Positions 14,196 through 25,304 of a DNA stretch of 64,000 nt are shown here, in pieces. The stretch lies in the NCBI RefSeq assembly GCF_009914755.1, contig NC_060928.1; one strand, given 5' to 3'. The notes under the pieces were generated by a model. The model ran no database searches and was not told where the DNA came from. It saw only the letters and a program-made list of their open reading frames with translations. A program made the translations under genes and the position numbers. Origin of the DNA: the human T2T-CHM13v2.0 reference genome, Homo sapiens. Every line of letters begins with the position of its first letter. Within the stretch, counting starts at the first letter, position 1.

Positions 14196-14637
14196 TGCTA
14201 TGGCTCAGATATGGTTTATTTGGCCCCACCAAGTCTCAGGTTGAAATTTGATGCCTAGTGTTGGATGGGGCCTAATGGGAGGTTTTCATGGGGGTGGATC
14301 CATCATTAGTGGTTTGGTGCCGTCCTCACAGTAAGGAATGAGTTCCCCCTCTATTAGTTCACACAAGAGTTCCTCCAAGACCTGGTTGTTAAAGAGAGTG
14401 TGGCACTTTCCCTGATCTCTCTTACTTCCACTCTCACCGTGTGATCTTTGCACACATCAGTTTCCCTTCTTGCCTTCCACAATGAGTGGAAGCAGCCTGA
14501 GTCCTTCACCAGAAGCAGATGCTGATGCCATACTTCTCGTACAGCCTGCAGAACTGTAAGCCAAATAAACCACTTTTCTTTATAAATTACCCAGACTTAG
14601 GTATTCCTTTACAGAAACATAAAAATGAACAAAGACA
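14196..14637 (+). mobile_element. MSTB-like (MaLR) solo LTR
   Basis: TGCTATGG...CCAGAAGCAGATGCTG..CAGCCTGCAGAAC..AAATAAACC..TATAAATTACCCAG...AAGACA; TSD TTTGT/ATTGT. Confidence 0.9.
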
Positions 14638-15568
14638 ATTGTCTAATAGCATGAAGTACTAAAAATGCATATAAATACAAATATACATGACAAATTTTAT
14701 TGATGTGTGTGCATGGTATTAGAGTAAGCATTTTGAAAAAAATGTGAATGGAAAACCTTATATACTCTTAGGGAAAATGACAGTTATTCTCAAATAGAGG
14801 AAAGGCTAATATTGAGAGAATTAGACCTAACAGTGGAAATTAAAGAGAAACAAATCTCATCACTGTAAAGAACCTTCTAAAAATATTGAACATAATTCCC
14901 TTATCTATACTTTTTCTCTGAGAAGTTTTCATCATTTCTACAAGAGTTTTTCTTTTTATGATACCTCTAATTAAGCTTCTTGTTATTTCCTAATGCTTAA
15001 ACATCCTGGAAACTAACTTGGCAATAAAAAAGATGTTTCAGTTTCTATAGTTAATACAAATGTATTATAAATATGTTAAAACTGTCTCTGGTTAAAACAA
15101 ACATCTGATTAAAATTTTCTGGTGGTTTGTATAATGGGTGTTCACTGAATTATTTAATTATTCTTTTTTTGAGAAAGTATAAAACAGCATGCATCACAGG
15201 TGTTCAATAGGTTTTCATGATAAATAGCGATGCCCTTCATTTCTTGTCTGCTACCATCAATGTAAGATTTTTATAAATAAACAAGAACTATCCTTGCAAT
15301 TGGTCCCCTAAGAAAAGAATCAAGAACTTCCTATCTGTCAACAGCTAATTTTTCTCACCATTTTAGTATAATTGTGACACAATACACAAAATATACAAAA
15401 ATGCACTATTCCAGAAAACCAAACAGAAGGGAAAGTATTACCAAATTAGAGAAAACTTTTTAAAATAGCAAACAACATTCTTGATCTTCTCTCCTGCCCA
15501 CTTAGGGTACAGAAATCTCTTCTACGACATAGGAAAATGAGAAAACATCAGTGTGAAACACTGATTCA

Positions 15569-15848
15569 TGTTTTTCTTTTGTTTCTTAAGATGAAGTCTC
15601 GCTCTGTCACCCAGGCTGGAATGCAGTGGTGCAATCATGGCTCACTGCAGTCTCAACCTCCCAGGTCCCAGTGATCCTTCTGCCTCAGCCTCCCAAGTAC
15701 CTGGGACTACATGCATACACCACCAGGATCACACCAGGCAATTTTTTTTAAGAGACGAGATCTTGCTGTGTTGCCTGGCATGGTGTCCAACTCTTGGGCT
15801 TAAGTGATCTCCCATCTGGGCCTTCCAAAGTGTTGAGATTACAGGCGT
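15569..15848 (-). mobile_element. AluJ
   Basis: Diverged antisense Alu with J-type ATCATGGCTCACTGCAG and GGGCTTAAGTGATC. Confidence 0.9.
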
Positions 15849-16993
15849 AAACTTTTTTTTTCTTTAGGTGGAATTGTGTGGTTCTCTCCAAGTTAATATG
15901 TAAAAAGGACCATGAAGAAGACACACTGACAGTTCATGCATCTCAGTATGCACTCCCAGGCCCTTGAGTCTTGATCCAATCAATCTCAGTGGGCCACATT
16001 CCCCTCTGTGACCTGCAAGAGTTAGAACAGCCTTCAAGCATACCTGTCCTCACCTCACTTCTGTCCAGGCAAGATGCACCAGTAAGCGTCAAAACTTTTG
16101 TTTGCCATCAGACTTCCTATAGACTCTGAAAAGAATACCCCATTTGAAAGAGCAATATGTCAGGCTGCTATGCCATGGCACAATTACTTACAGGTACTGA
16201 ACTAGAAAACTTGATTATTTCAGTTGCATACTATTCACTGTTGCTCTTACCATGTTAGCCATGGGTAAGTAGTTAGGTGAAGCATATGTAACAGCATTTA
16301 GGCCAATATTCCCTACATTTATTGAACATAAGCCATTTTTGCCTCTCAGCACATGCTTTAACACCTCATACAACTACTGTTCCATGAACAACATTTTGAC
16401 AAACAGTTTGACTGGTTTAGTCATTAAAGAAACACACACATACATCCACATATGTTCACACTCACATGCACACACACATACACACACACCCCTTTCTAAA
16501 TAGTATAAATAAACTGCCTGATATATGGGAGTCTAATGACATTTTAGGGACACACAATCCTTCAAATAACAAATGCTAAATCATAAGGACAAGTGAGAAC
16601 GTTAAATAAATATATGTCAACTCTGAATAATAAATATTTGCCAGAATGGCTTAAAATATTTATACTCCTTGAAACAGTAAGTCAGAGATCTTTCTTAAGG
16701 AAAAAATATAAAATTCCAGCAAATATTTATGCCCCCCAACTTTTTATTGCAGTGTTTTTTATAATGGCACAAAAGTGAGGCGACATAAATATCCAACAAT
16801 AAAGAAATCAAATAAATTATGATATATCCATTATCTGAATACAGATTATTACTCAATGATTAAAAATTATGTTTTCTATGAATATACAATATGTAAAGAT
16901 GTTTATGATATAATGTTTAGCAAAGAAAAGCCAGCAGAATCAAGAATTGCACAGGCAGAATAATCTCTTATGCACATAGAAAAATGCTAAAAA

Positions 16994-17301
<308 letters not shown>

Positions 17302-17674
17302 GGATAAGAGAAAAGCTGAAAAGAAACATACCAAAATGTTAAAGTGTTTCTAAGAGTGAGATAATGGATGAATGTTTTTTCTTCCTTATATATTCTGGAA
17401 TTTACAACATTTTCCCTAACCCTAACCCTATATTGCTGGCAAGCGTATTGACACATATTGCTTTTATTAGGAGGAAACAAATACAAATTTCTCTTCCTTA
17501 CAAAGCTGTCAGTAACAGTTTCCTGGATAATTCACTCTAGGCTTTTTATCCCATAACATATTGCTTTTCTAATGATATTTTCCCAAAATTTAGTTGGTAA
17601 TTGTGGAAATGAAACAAAAGGAAGTTAAACAGAGGAATGTGACTTCCCAAAGCACCTTTCTTTTCAAAGGCATA

Positions 17675-18619
17675 TTTTTTTCTTTTTTTTAATTATTATT
17701 ATACTTTAAGTTTTAGGGTACATGTGCACAATGTGCAGGTTTGTTACATATGTATACATGTGCCATGTTGGTGTGCTGCACCCATTAACTCGTCATTTAG
17801 CATTAGGTATATCTCCTAATTCTATCCCTCCCCCCTCCCCCCACCCCACAACTGTCCCCGGTGTGTGATGTTCCCCTTCCTGTGTCCATGTGTTCTCATT
17901 GTTCAACTCCCATCTATGAGTGAGAACATGCGGTGTTTGATTTTTTGTCCTTGCGATAGTTTGCTAAGAATGATGGTTTCCGGCTTCATCCATGTCCCTA
18001 TGAAGGACATGAACTCATCTTTTTTTGGCTGCATAGTATTCCATGGTGTATATGTGCCACATTTTCTTAATCCAGTCTATCATTGTTGGACATTTGGGTT
18101 AGTTCCAAGTCTTTGCTGTTGTGAATAGTGCCGCAATAAACGTATATGTGCATGTGTCTTTATAGCAGCATGATTTATAATCCTTTGGGTATGTACCCAG
18201 TAATGGGATGGCCGGGTCAAATGGTATTTCTAGTTCTAGATCCCTGAGGAATCACCACACCGACTTCCACAATGGTTGAACTAGTTTACAGTCCCACCAA
18301 TAGTGTAAAAGTGTTCCTATTTCTCCACTTCCTCTCCAGCACCTGTTGTTTCTTGACTTTTTAATGATCGCCATTCTAACTGGTGTGAGATGGTATTTCA
18401 TTGTGGTTTTGATTTACATTTCTCTGATGGCCTGTGATGATGAGCATTTTTTCATGTGTTTTTTGGCTGCATAAATGTCTTCTTTTGAGAAGTGTCTGTT
18501 CGTATCCTTTGCCCACTTTTTGATGGGGTGGTTTGTTTTTTTCTTGTAAATTTGTTTGAGTTCATTGTAGATTCTGGATATTAGCCCTTTGTCAGATGAG
18601 TAGGTTGCAAAAATTTTCT
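17675..18619 (-). mobile_element. 5'-truncated young L1PA (about L1PA3-5), 3' ~0.94 kb
   Basis: High-identity antisense L1 3'UTR and ORF2 C-terminus; T-tract at 17675; no TSD visible. Confidence 0.95.
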
Positions 18620-19287
18620 GATTGTCATGACAACTCTAGGGCACTGGACCATTCAGGAGGAGGAACTTTCACTCCAGAACAGTGAAAGGCAAACAGGTCT
18701 TTGCCTCTTAGGATCTCTGGCTTCCTCTCACCCCCTTCAATATGTCAATTAAGTTCAGATAAACTTGATAAAACTGAAGCTAAGGCAGGCCATTATTAGT
18801 TTGTCTTGCCAGCCTGGGAAAGTTAGCGTCTCTGAGAATTAAGAGCAATGTGTTGGTAGGCACTGAAGGTATCAGATGTGTGACTTCATTAACTACAAGT
18901 TACACATAGCTAGAAATCAAACTCTGGAAAGCAGGAGGACTCATTCAAAGTTAAATCACTTTTCACTCTGACTCTACGCAACTATTTGGATAAATATGCA
19001 TGTATACATATTAGAGCAATTGGGAAATATTTTGAAGCATCCCGCAGCTTCCGTTATTTCTTCCATCCAACCTTGCCGTGAACTGTAATACTATTGTGTG
19101 ATCATGTGCATATGTTGAAATTAAGAGTTAAGAGCAACTCATGCTGGTTTACCAATTCCAAAAAAAAAGTTCATTTAAAAAACTATTTTAGGGTCTACTA
19201 TGTAGACAACACTGCATATAAGCAAGGAGACAGTAAAAAGACATATGAACCATGGTTCACATTCACATGGTGGGATAGATAACCAAA

Positions 19288-21995
19288 TTTTTTTATTATT
19301 ATTATTATTATTTATGCAATAGGTTTTTGGAGAACTAGTGGTGTTTGGTTACATGAATAAGTTCTTTAGTGATGATTTCTGAGAGTTTGGTGCTCCCATC
19401 ACTCAAGCAGGGTACACTGTACCAGATGTGTAGTCTTTTAATTCTCACTGCACCCCCCCACCCCCCACCACCATTTCTCCCCAGGCCCCAAAGTCCTTTG
19501 TGTCATTCTTGTGCCTTTGTGTCCACATAGTTTAGCTCCCACTTATGAGTGAGAACATACAATGTTGGTTTTCTATTCCTGAGTTACTTCAGTTAGAATA
19601 ATGATTTTCAAATTTATCCAGCATGCTGCGAATGCCATTATTTCCTTCCTTTTTATGGCTGAGTAGTATTCCATGATATACATATACCACAATATCTTTA
19701 TCCATTCATGGATTGATGGGCACTGGGGCTGGTTCCATATTTTTGCAATTGCAACTTGTGCTGCTATAAACATGCATGTGAAGGTATCTTTTTTGTATAA
19801 TTACTTCTTTTCCTTTGGGTAGATACCTAGCAGTGGAATTGCTGGATCAAATTGTAGATCATTTTTAGTTCTTTAAGGAATCTCCACACTGTTTTCCATA
19901 GTGGTTTTACTAGTTTACATTCCTACCAGCAGTGTCAAAGTGTTCCCTTTTCACCGCATCCATGCCAACATCTATTATTTTTTGATTCTTTGATTACGGC
20001 CATTCTTGGAGGAGGAAGGTGGTATCACATTGTGGTTTTCATTTGCATTTCCCTGATCATTAGTGATGTTGAGCATTTTTTCATGTTTGCTGGCCATTTG
20101 TATGTCTTCTTTTGAGAAATGTCTATTCATGTCCTTAGTTCACTTTTTTATGGCATGATTTGTTTTTTTTTTTTTTTTCTTGCTGATTTGTTTGAGTTCC
20201 TTGTAGATTCTGGATGTTAGTCCTTTGTCAGATGTACAGATTGCAAAGATTTTCTCCCACTCTGTGGGTTGTCTGTTTACTCTGCTGATTATTTCTTTTG
20301 CTGTGCAGAACTTTTTTCATTTAATTAAGTCCTATCTATTTATCTTTGTTTCTGTTGTATTTGCTTGTGAGTTCTTGGTCATGAAGTCTTTGCCTAAGCC
20401 AATCTCTAGAAGGTTTTTTCCAATGTTATCTTCTGAATTTTTATGGTTTCAGGCCTTGAATTTAAGTCCTTGATCCATCTTGAGTTGATTTTTGTATAAG
20501 GTGAGAGATGAGGATCCAGTTACCTTCTCCTACATGTGGCTTGCCAATGATCCCAGCACTATTTGTTGAATAGGGTCTCCTTTCCCCACTTTATGTTTTG
20601 GTTTGCTTTGTTGAAGATCAGTTGGCTGTAAGTATTTGGCTTTATTTCTGGGTGCTCTATTCTCTTCCATTGGTCTGTGTGCCAATTTTTATGCCAATAC
20701 CATGCTGTTTTGGTGACTGTGGCATTGTAGTATAACTTGAAGTTGGGTAATGTGATGCCTTCAGATTAATTCTTTTTGCTTAGTATTGCTTTGGCTATGT
20801 GGGCTGTTTTTTGGTTCCATATGAACTTTAGGATTTTTTTTTCTCATTCTGTGAAGAATGATGGTGGTATTTTTATGGGAATTTCAGTGAATTTGTAGAT
20901 TGCTTTTGGCAGTATGGTCATTTTCACAATACAGATCCTACTTATCCATGAGCATGGGATTTGTTTCCATTTGTTTGTGTCATCTATGATTTCTTTCAGC
21001 AGTGTTTTGTAGTTTTCCTTGTAGAGGTCTTTCACCTCCTTGGTTAGGTATATTTCTAAGTATTTTATTTTATTTTTGAAGCTATTGTAAAAGGGGTTGA
21101 GTTCTTGATTTGATTCTCAAGTTGGTCGCTGTTAATGTATAGCAGAGCAACTAATTTGTGTACATTAATTTTGTATCCTGAAACTTTGCTGAATTCATGT
21201 ACCAATTCTAGGAACTTTTTGATGAGTTTTAAGGGTTTTCTAGGTATACAATCATATCATCAGCAAACAGTGACAGTTTGACTTCCTTTATGTCAATTTG
21301 GATGCCATTTTTTCTCTTGTCTGATTGCTCTGGGTAGGACTTCCAGTTCTATGCTGAATAGATGTGGTGAGAGTGGACATCCTTGTCTTGTCCCATTTCT
21401 CAGTGAGAATGCTTTCAACTTTCACCATTCAGTATAATGTTGGCTGTGGGTTTGTCATAAATGATTCTAATTACCTTCAGATATGTCCCTTCTATGCCAA
21501 TTTTGCTGAGGGTTTTAGTCATAAAGTGTTGCTGGATTTTGTCAAATGCTTTTTCTGCATCTATTGAGATGATCATATGATTTTTGTTTTTAATTCTTTT
21601 TTATGTGGTGTGTCATATTTATTGACTTGCCTATGTGTTAAACCATCCCTACAACTCTGGTATGAAACCCACTTGATCATGGTGGATTATCTTTTTGATA
21701 TGTTGTTGGATTTGGTTAACTAGTATTTTGTTAAGAAATTTTGAATCTATGCTCATCAGGGATATTTGTCTGTAGTTTTCTTTTTTCATTATGTCCTTTC
21801 CTGGTTTTAATATTTGGTTGATATGGGCTTCATAGAATGATTTAGGGAGGGTTCTCTCTTTCTCTATCTTGTGGAATAGTGTCAATAGGATAGATACCAA
21901 TTCTTCTTTGAATGTCTGGTAGAATTCAGCTGTGAATCCATCTGGTCCTGGCTGAGCTTTTTTTGTTGTTGTTGTTTGTTGATTTGTTTTTGCCT
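19288..21995 (-). mobile_element. L1PB1-like LINE-1, 3' part (3'UTR and ORF2 RT/C-terminal region)
   Basis: L1PB-type 3' end (AATAGGTTTTTGG..GGTTACATGAATAAGTTCTTTAGTG); ORF2 peptides [16 protein letters not shown].., [18 protein letters not shown].. Confidence 0.9.
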
Positions 21996-22038
21996 GGCAA
22001 TGTTTTCTTTTTTTTCTTTTTTCTTTTTTTTTTTTTTT

Positions 22039-22366
22039 GTGCAGTTGCAAGATTTAGTAGAGTGAAAACAGAGCTCTCATTAAACGGGAGGGGACCCAAA
22101 GGGGGGTTGCCGTTGCTGACTTGAATGCCTGGGTTTATATCCCGATTATTGTCCCTCCCCCTGTGCTCTCAGTCGATAGATGATTGGCTATTTCTTTACC
22201 TCCTGTTTTTGCCTAATTAGTATTTTAGTGAGCTCTCTTTACTACTTGATTGGTCGGATGTGAGCTAAGTTGCAAGCCCCGTGTTTAAAGGTGGATGCGG
22301 TCACCTTCCCAGCTAGGCTTAGGGATTCTTAGTTGGCCTAGGAAACCCAGCTAGTCCTGTCTCTCA
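22039..22366 (-). promoter_or_regulatory. 3' LTR17 U3-R (CCAAT boxes, TATA), preceded by a polypurine tract at 22367-22380
   Basis: Minus strand begins TGAGAGACAGGACTAGCTGG; GATATAAACCC TATA at 22131-22141; ends CTTGCAACTGCAC-polyA. Confidence 0.9.
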
Positions 22367-22424
22367 GTCCCCCTCCTCAACAGGAAAACCCAAGTGCTGT
22401 TGGAGAGGTTGGCTGACAACTGCT

Positions 22425-22687
22425 CTAACTGCTTCCTGCTGAATTGGGGTGTAGTAGGGGTTGTGCAGTTGAGATTTCCTTGAGAGGGGTGCCTTCGATG
22501 TCATCAACATTGGAGCATAGGCTAGCAGGCTGGTCCAGGGGTCCGTGGTAGATCTTAGTCATGGACTGCATCTGGGGCTCCATTTGAAGAATGATTTGTA
22601 CTTTTACAGCTTTGATTCTGGAAGAGACAAACTTAACAAGGAGGTTAAAGATACAGGGATTGAAATGTATGGCCTATAGTGCAGGGG
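22425..22687 (-). pseudogene. env: HERV-W env remnant: 36-nt SU island plus TM cytoplasmic tail
   Basis: Translates PLHYRPYISIPV, then PCIFNLLVKFVSSRIKAVKVQIILQMEPQMQSMTKIY...PLLHPNSAGSS*, homologous to the syncytin-1/HERV-W Env C-terminus. Confidence 0.9.
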
Positions 22688-22924
22688 ATTATTTCTTTGG
22701 CACACTTCACAGACCCTAACTATCTGCTTGATAGTTTTGAAAAGGCTTGGTCCAGTAAATAATAATTTGGCCATCTGATGGGTGCTATCAATGCCTAACT
22801 GAAAGGTTTGGTGAAGGGTTTTAAGTAATTTCCATTGGTTAGCTGCAGGCAAAAGTATTTTTTCTTCTTCGGTGGCTAGCCATCCTGAGGGGAGGAAACT
22901 GTCCTCATGAGGTTCCTTATTCAA
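22688..22924 (-). pseudogene. pol: HERV-W pol: integrase N-terminal zinc-binding region (truncated)
   Basis: ORF 22604..22924: LLKTLHQTFQLG...CEVCQRNNPL (degenerate HHCC); no catalytic core. Confidence 0.85.
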
Positions 22925-23069
22925 TTTCTCCTGCTGAGTACTGGGGCTTGGTTTCCCAGAGGGGATTACCCCATACTAGGGGTCCTTCTATAAGCATTTC
23001 TAATGGACGGTCCTGCCTTGCCGTTCTTCTGGCTTCAATATCCACTTGGCAGTTCTCTTCTATTTCCCT

Positions 23070-23930
23070 TTACTTTCCTTTCTGATGACCCTGGCAGTGT
23101 AAGACTGCCACCTCTTTAGGTTTCTGTACAGCCAATAATAATCTCCTAATGGCTTCCTGATGTTTGATAGGTGTTCCCTCGGAAGTTAGGAATTCCCTTT
23201 CTCTCCATGTTGCTGCATGGGCATGGAGGACAAGGTAAGCATTCTTAGAGTCTGTATATATATTTACCCTTTTTCCTTCTCCTAATTCTAGTGCCTGAGT
23301 GAGGGCTATTAGTTCTGTCAGTGGAGCACTAGTTCCTGGAGTGAGGGGATAACTTTCAAGTATTCCATTATCACTGACCACTGCATACCCTGCTTTTCGA
23401 AGTCCTTTTTCTACAAAGGAACTGCCATCAGTATACAAGTTGAGGTTGGGATCAGTCAAGGGAACCTCTAGAAGGTCCCCTTGAGTGGAGTAGGTTTGAG
23501 CAATCACCTGTTGACAGTTATGTTCTATCTTTTCTTCATTGTCTGGAAGAAATGTGTCTGGGTTAAGAGTTGCACAAGTGCACAGACACAGCACTGGCCC
23601 TTCAAGTAATAGAGCCTGATATTTAAGCAAATGGTTTTCTGACAGCCACAAGTCTCCTTTAGCAGTGAGTATGTCGTTTACATCATGAGATGTCCACACA
23701 GTAAGATCTCTTCCCTGTATTATTTTAACTGCTTCAGATACTAAGACTGCTACTGCCGTCACTACCCATAAACAATGAGGCCAACCCTTTGCCACTACAT
23801 CAATTTCCTTACTCAGGTATGCCACGGGTTGCAAGCTGGTCCCTTTGACCTGTGTAAGTACTCCTAGAGCTATTCCTGTTTTTTCTGTGACATATAGAGA
23901 AAAGTCTTGCCCCATTGGCAGGCTTAACAC
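23070..23930 (-). pseudogene. pol: HERV-W pol: RT connection plus RNase H open stretch (286 aa)
   Basis: QPVAYLSKEID, LYTDGSSF, ELIALTQALE, NIYTDSKNAY and VAVLHCQGHQKG motifs of gammaretroviral RNase H; bounded by a frameshift and a premature stop. Confidence 0.9.
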
Positions 23931-23954
23931 TGGGACGTGGGTTAGGGCCTTCTT

Positions 23955-24497
23955 TTAGGCCTGGAAAGCCACTTCTGCTTCAGGTGTACATCTTACTAAA
24001 TGGGTATTGGCTTTCTGAGTTTCCTTAATTAGTATATATAGTGGCCTGGCTATTTTGCCATACCTGGGAATCCATATTCGGCAGAAGCCTATTATGCCAA
24101 GGAATGCTCTTAGTTGTTTTAGGGTTTCTAAGTTTTGCTCTGGGCCTAAGGCAGACTTTTGAAGGTTTTTTTCTAATGTCTGCAGCTGACTGATAAACTT
24201 ATCCTTTAAGATTAGTTGGCCTTCAATAGAGTCAGGTGACAGAGAGGTATGTTTCCTCAATGTCTCCCTTAGTCTCTCCAGAAAGGCAGTAGGATTTTCT
24301 TCCTTTCCTTTTGTTATAGTGGACATCATTGAATAATTTATAGGCTTCTTCCTAGTTTTCCTTAGTCCTTCTAGCATGCAAGTTAGTAAATGTCTGTGGC
24401 ACCAATCTCCATGTTCTGATTCTGTGTCCCAGTGAGGGTCTACACTGGGAACTGCCTGCTGGCCTGTGGGGAATTGTTCGCTTTCCTCTGTTGTCAT
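23955..24497 (-). pseudogene. gag: HERV-W Gag capsid C-terminal part fused in frame to the RT thumb
   Basis: KEENPTAFLERLRETLRKHT (major homology region) ...GPEQNLETL|KQLRAFLGIIGFCRIWIPRY (RT). Confidence 0.9.
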
Positions 24498-24501
24498 CCT
24501 G

Positions 24502-24806
24502 TCATTGACCTGACTGAGATACCAGAGATCGCCAAACTCTTGGGGCTGCAGTTATGGTGGCACTTCTCTCATTTGGGGTTAGTGTCTGATCTAGCAGTAA
24601 CATTCTATCTCTCCATGTCAGATCAAAGGATTGTCCTAACCCTTGTAAAACATCAATATAGCCATCAGGGTTATCTGAGTATTTACCTAGGTCTATTTTA
24701 ATTTGCTTCAAGTCTGACAGGAAAAAAAGTACATACACTCTGACTGGGCCAAATTCTCCAGAATACATCTTAGGGGCATTTTTGCCTTGGGGGGAATGTT
24801 TCCCAT
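24502..24806 (-). pseudogene. gag: HERV-W gag 5' remnant (ATG at 24806-24804, matrix largely deleted)
   Basis: MGNIPPKAKMPLRCILEN joined to GEFGPVRV..LSDLKQIKIDLGKYSDNPDGYIDVLQGLGQSFDLTWRD. Confidence 0.85.
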
Positions 24807-24816
24807 CGCTTTGGAG

Positions 24817-24834
24817 GTCCCTTTGTGGTTGTCA
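24817..24834 (-). other. Degenerate HERV-W primer-binding site
   Basis: TGACAACCACAAAGGGAC, 3 nt after the U5 end (..GGTAACA); tRNA identity cannot be resolved by eye. Confidence 0.7.
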
Positions 24835-24837
24835 AAA

Positions 24838-25304
24838 TGTTACCAGGAGGTCCTTGTTCTTAGAGCTCCCAAGAGGGTGGCGGGCTGCTTCCAAGATGTC
24901 AGCAAGCCTCTTGTTCTCTGACCTGAGGTTCTTGGCCTCATGGATTCCAAGAAATGGAATCTTGGGCTATGCAGTGAGTGTTATAGCTCTATTCAGCTTG
25001 ATTAGGATGAACCTCGGGCACTTAGCCCAAGCAGGAACAATGGCGAGCCTCTAGCCTGATTGGGAGCAGCAATGGGCACTGCCTCGCTGGATCAGAAGTG
25101 CAGCAGACACCCTGCCAGATCCGGAGGGGTGGAAGTCAGTGGCAGAACTGTGATGGTGGCAAACAGCAGTGGTAGACGACGAGCGAAAGCTCAGCTCGAG
25201 CCATAACAAACACGGACCAGAAGAGTGTGCAGTTGCAAGATTTAATAGAGTGAAAACAGAGCTCCCATAAAATGGAGGGGACCCAAAGGGGGTTGCCCTT
25301 ACCG
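24838..25304 (-). mobile_element. 5' LTR17 R-U5 (no U3)
   Basis: GGCAACCCCCTTTGGGTCCCCTCC..CTATTAAATCTTGCAACTGCAC..GGCTCGAGCTGAGC..CATCTTGGAAGC..GGTAACA; R repeated at 22039-22120. Confidence 0.9.

Larger units (their letters stand above)
22008..25304 (-). pseudogene. HERV-W (HERV17/LTR17) processed pseudogene: R-U5/PBS/gag/pol/env remnants/U3-R/polyA
   Basis: polyT 22008-22038 directly abuts the R end; the 5' end starts near the R start with no U3; the 3' LTR lacks U5; 12-bp TSD GGCAATKTTTTC at 21996-22007 and 25305-25316; HERV-W Gag, RT, RNase H, IN and Env peptides. Confidence 0.95.

Noticed and set aside
21649-22050. ORF with Lys-rich N-terminus fused to L1 ORF2 (apparent HERV-W/L1 chimeric retrotranscript)
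   Set aside because: It is the polyA tail plus TSD read into host L1. The TSD and colinear L1 on both sides show insertion into a pre-existing L1, not a template-switch chimera.
22039-25304. Intact provirus or syncytin-like env gene
   Set aside because: LTRs are incomplete; protease, RT core, IN core and most of env are deleted; frameshifts are present.
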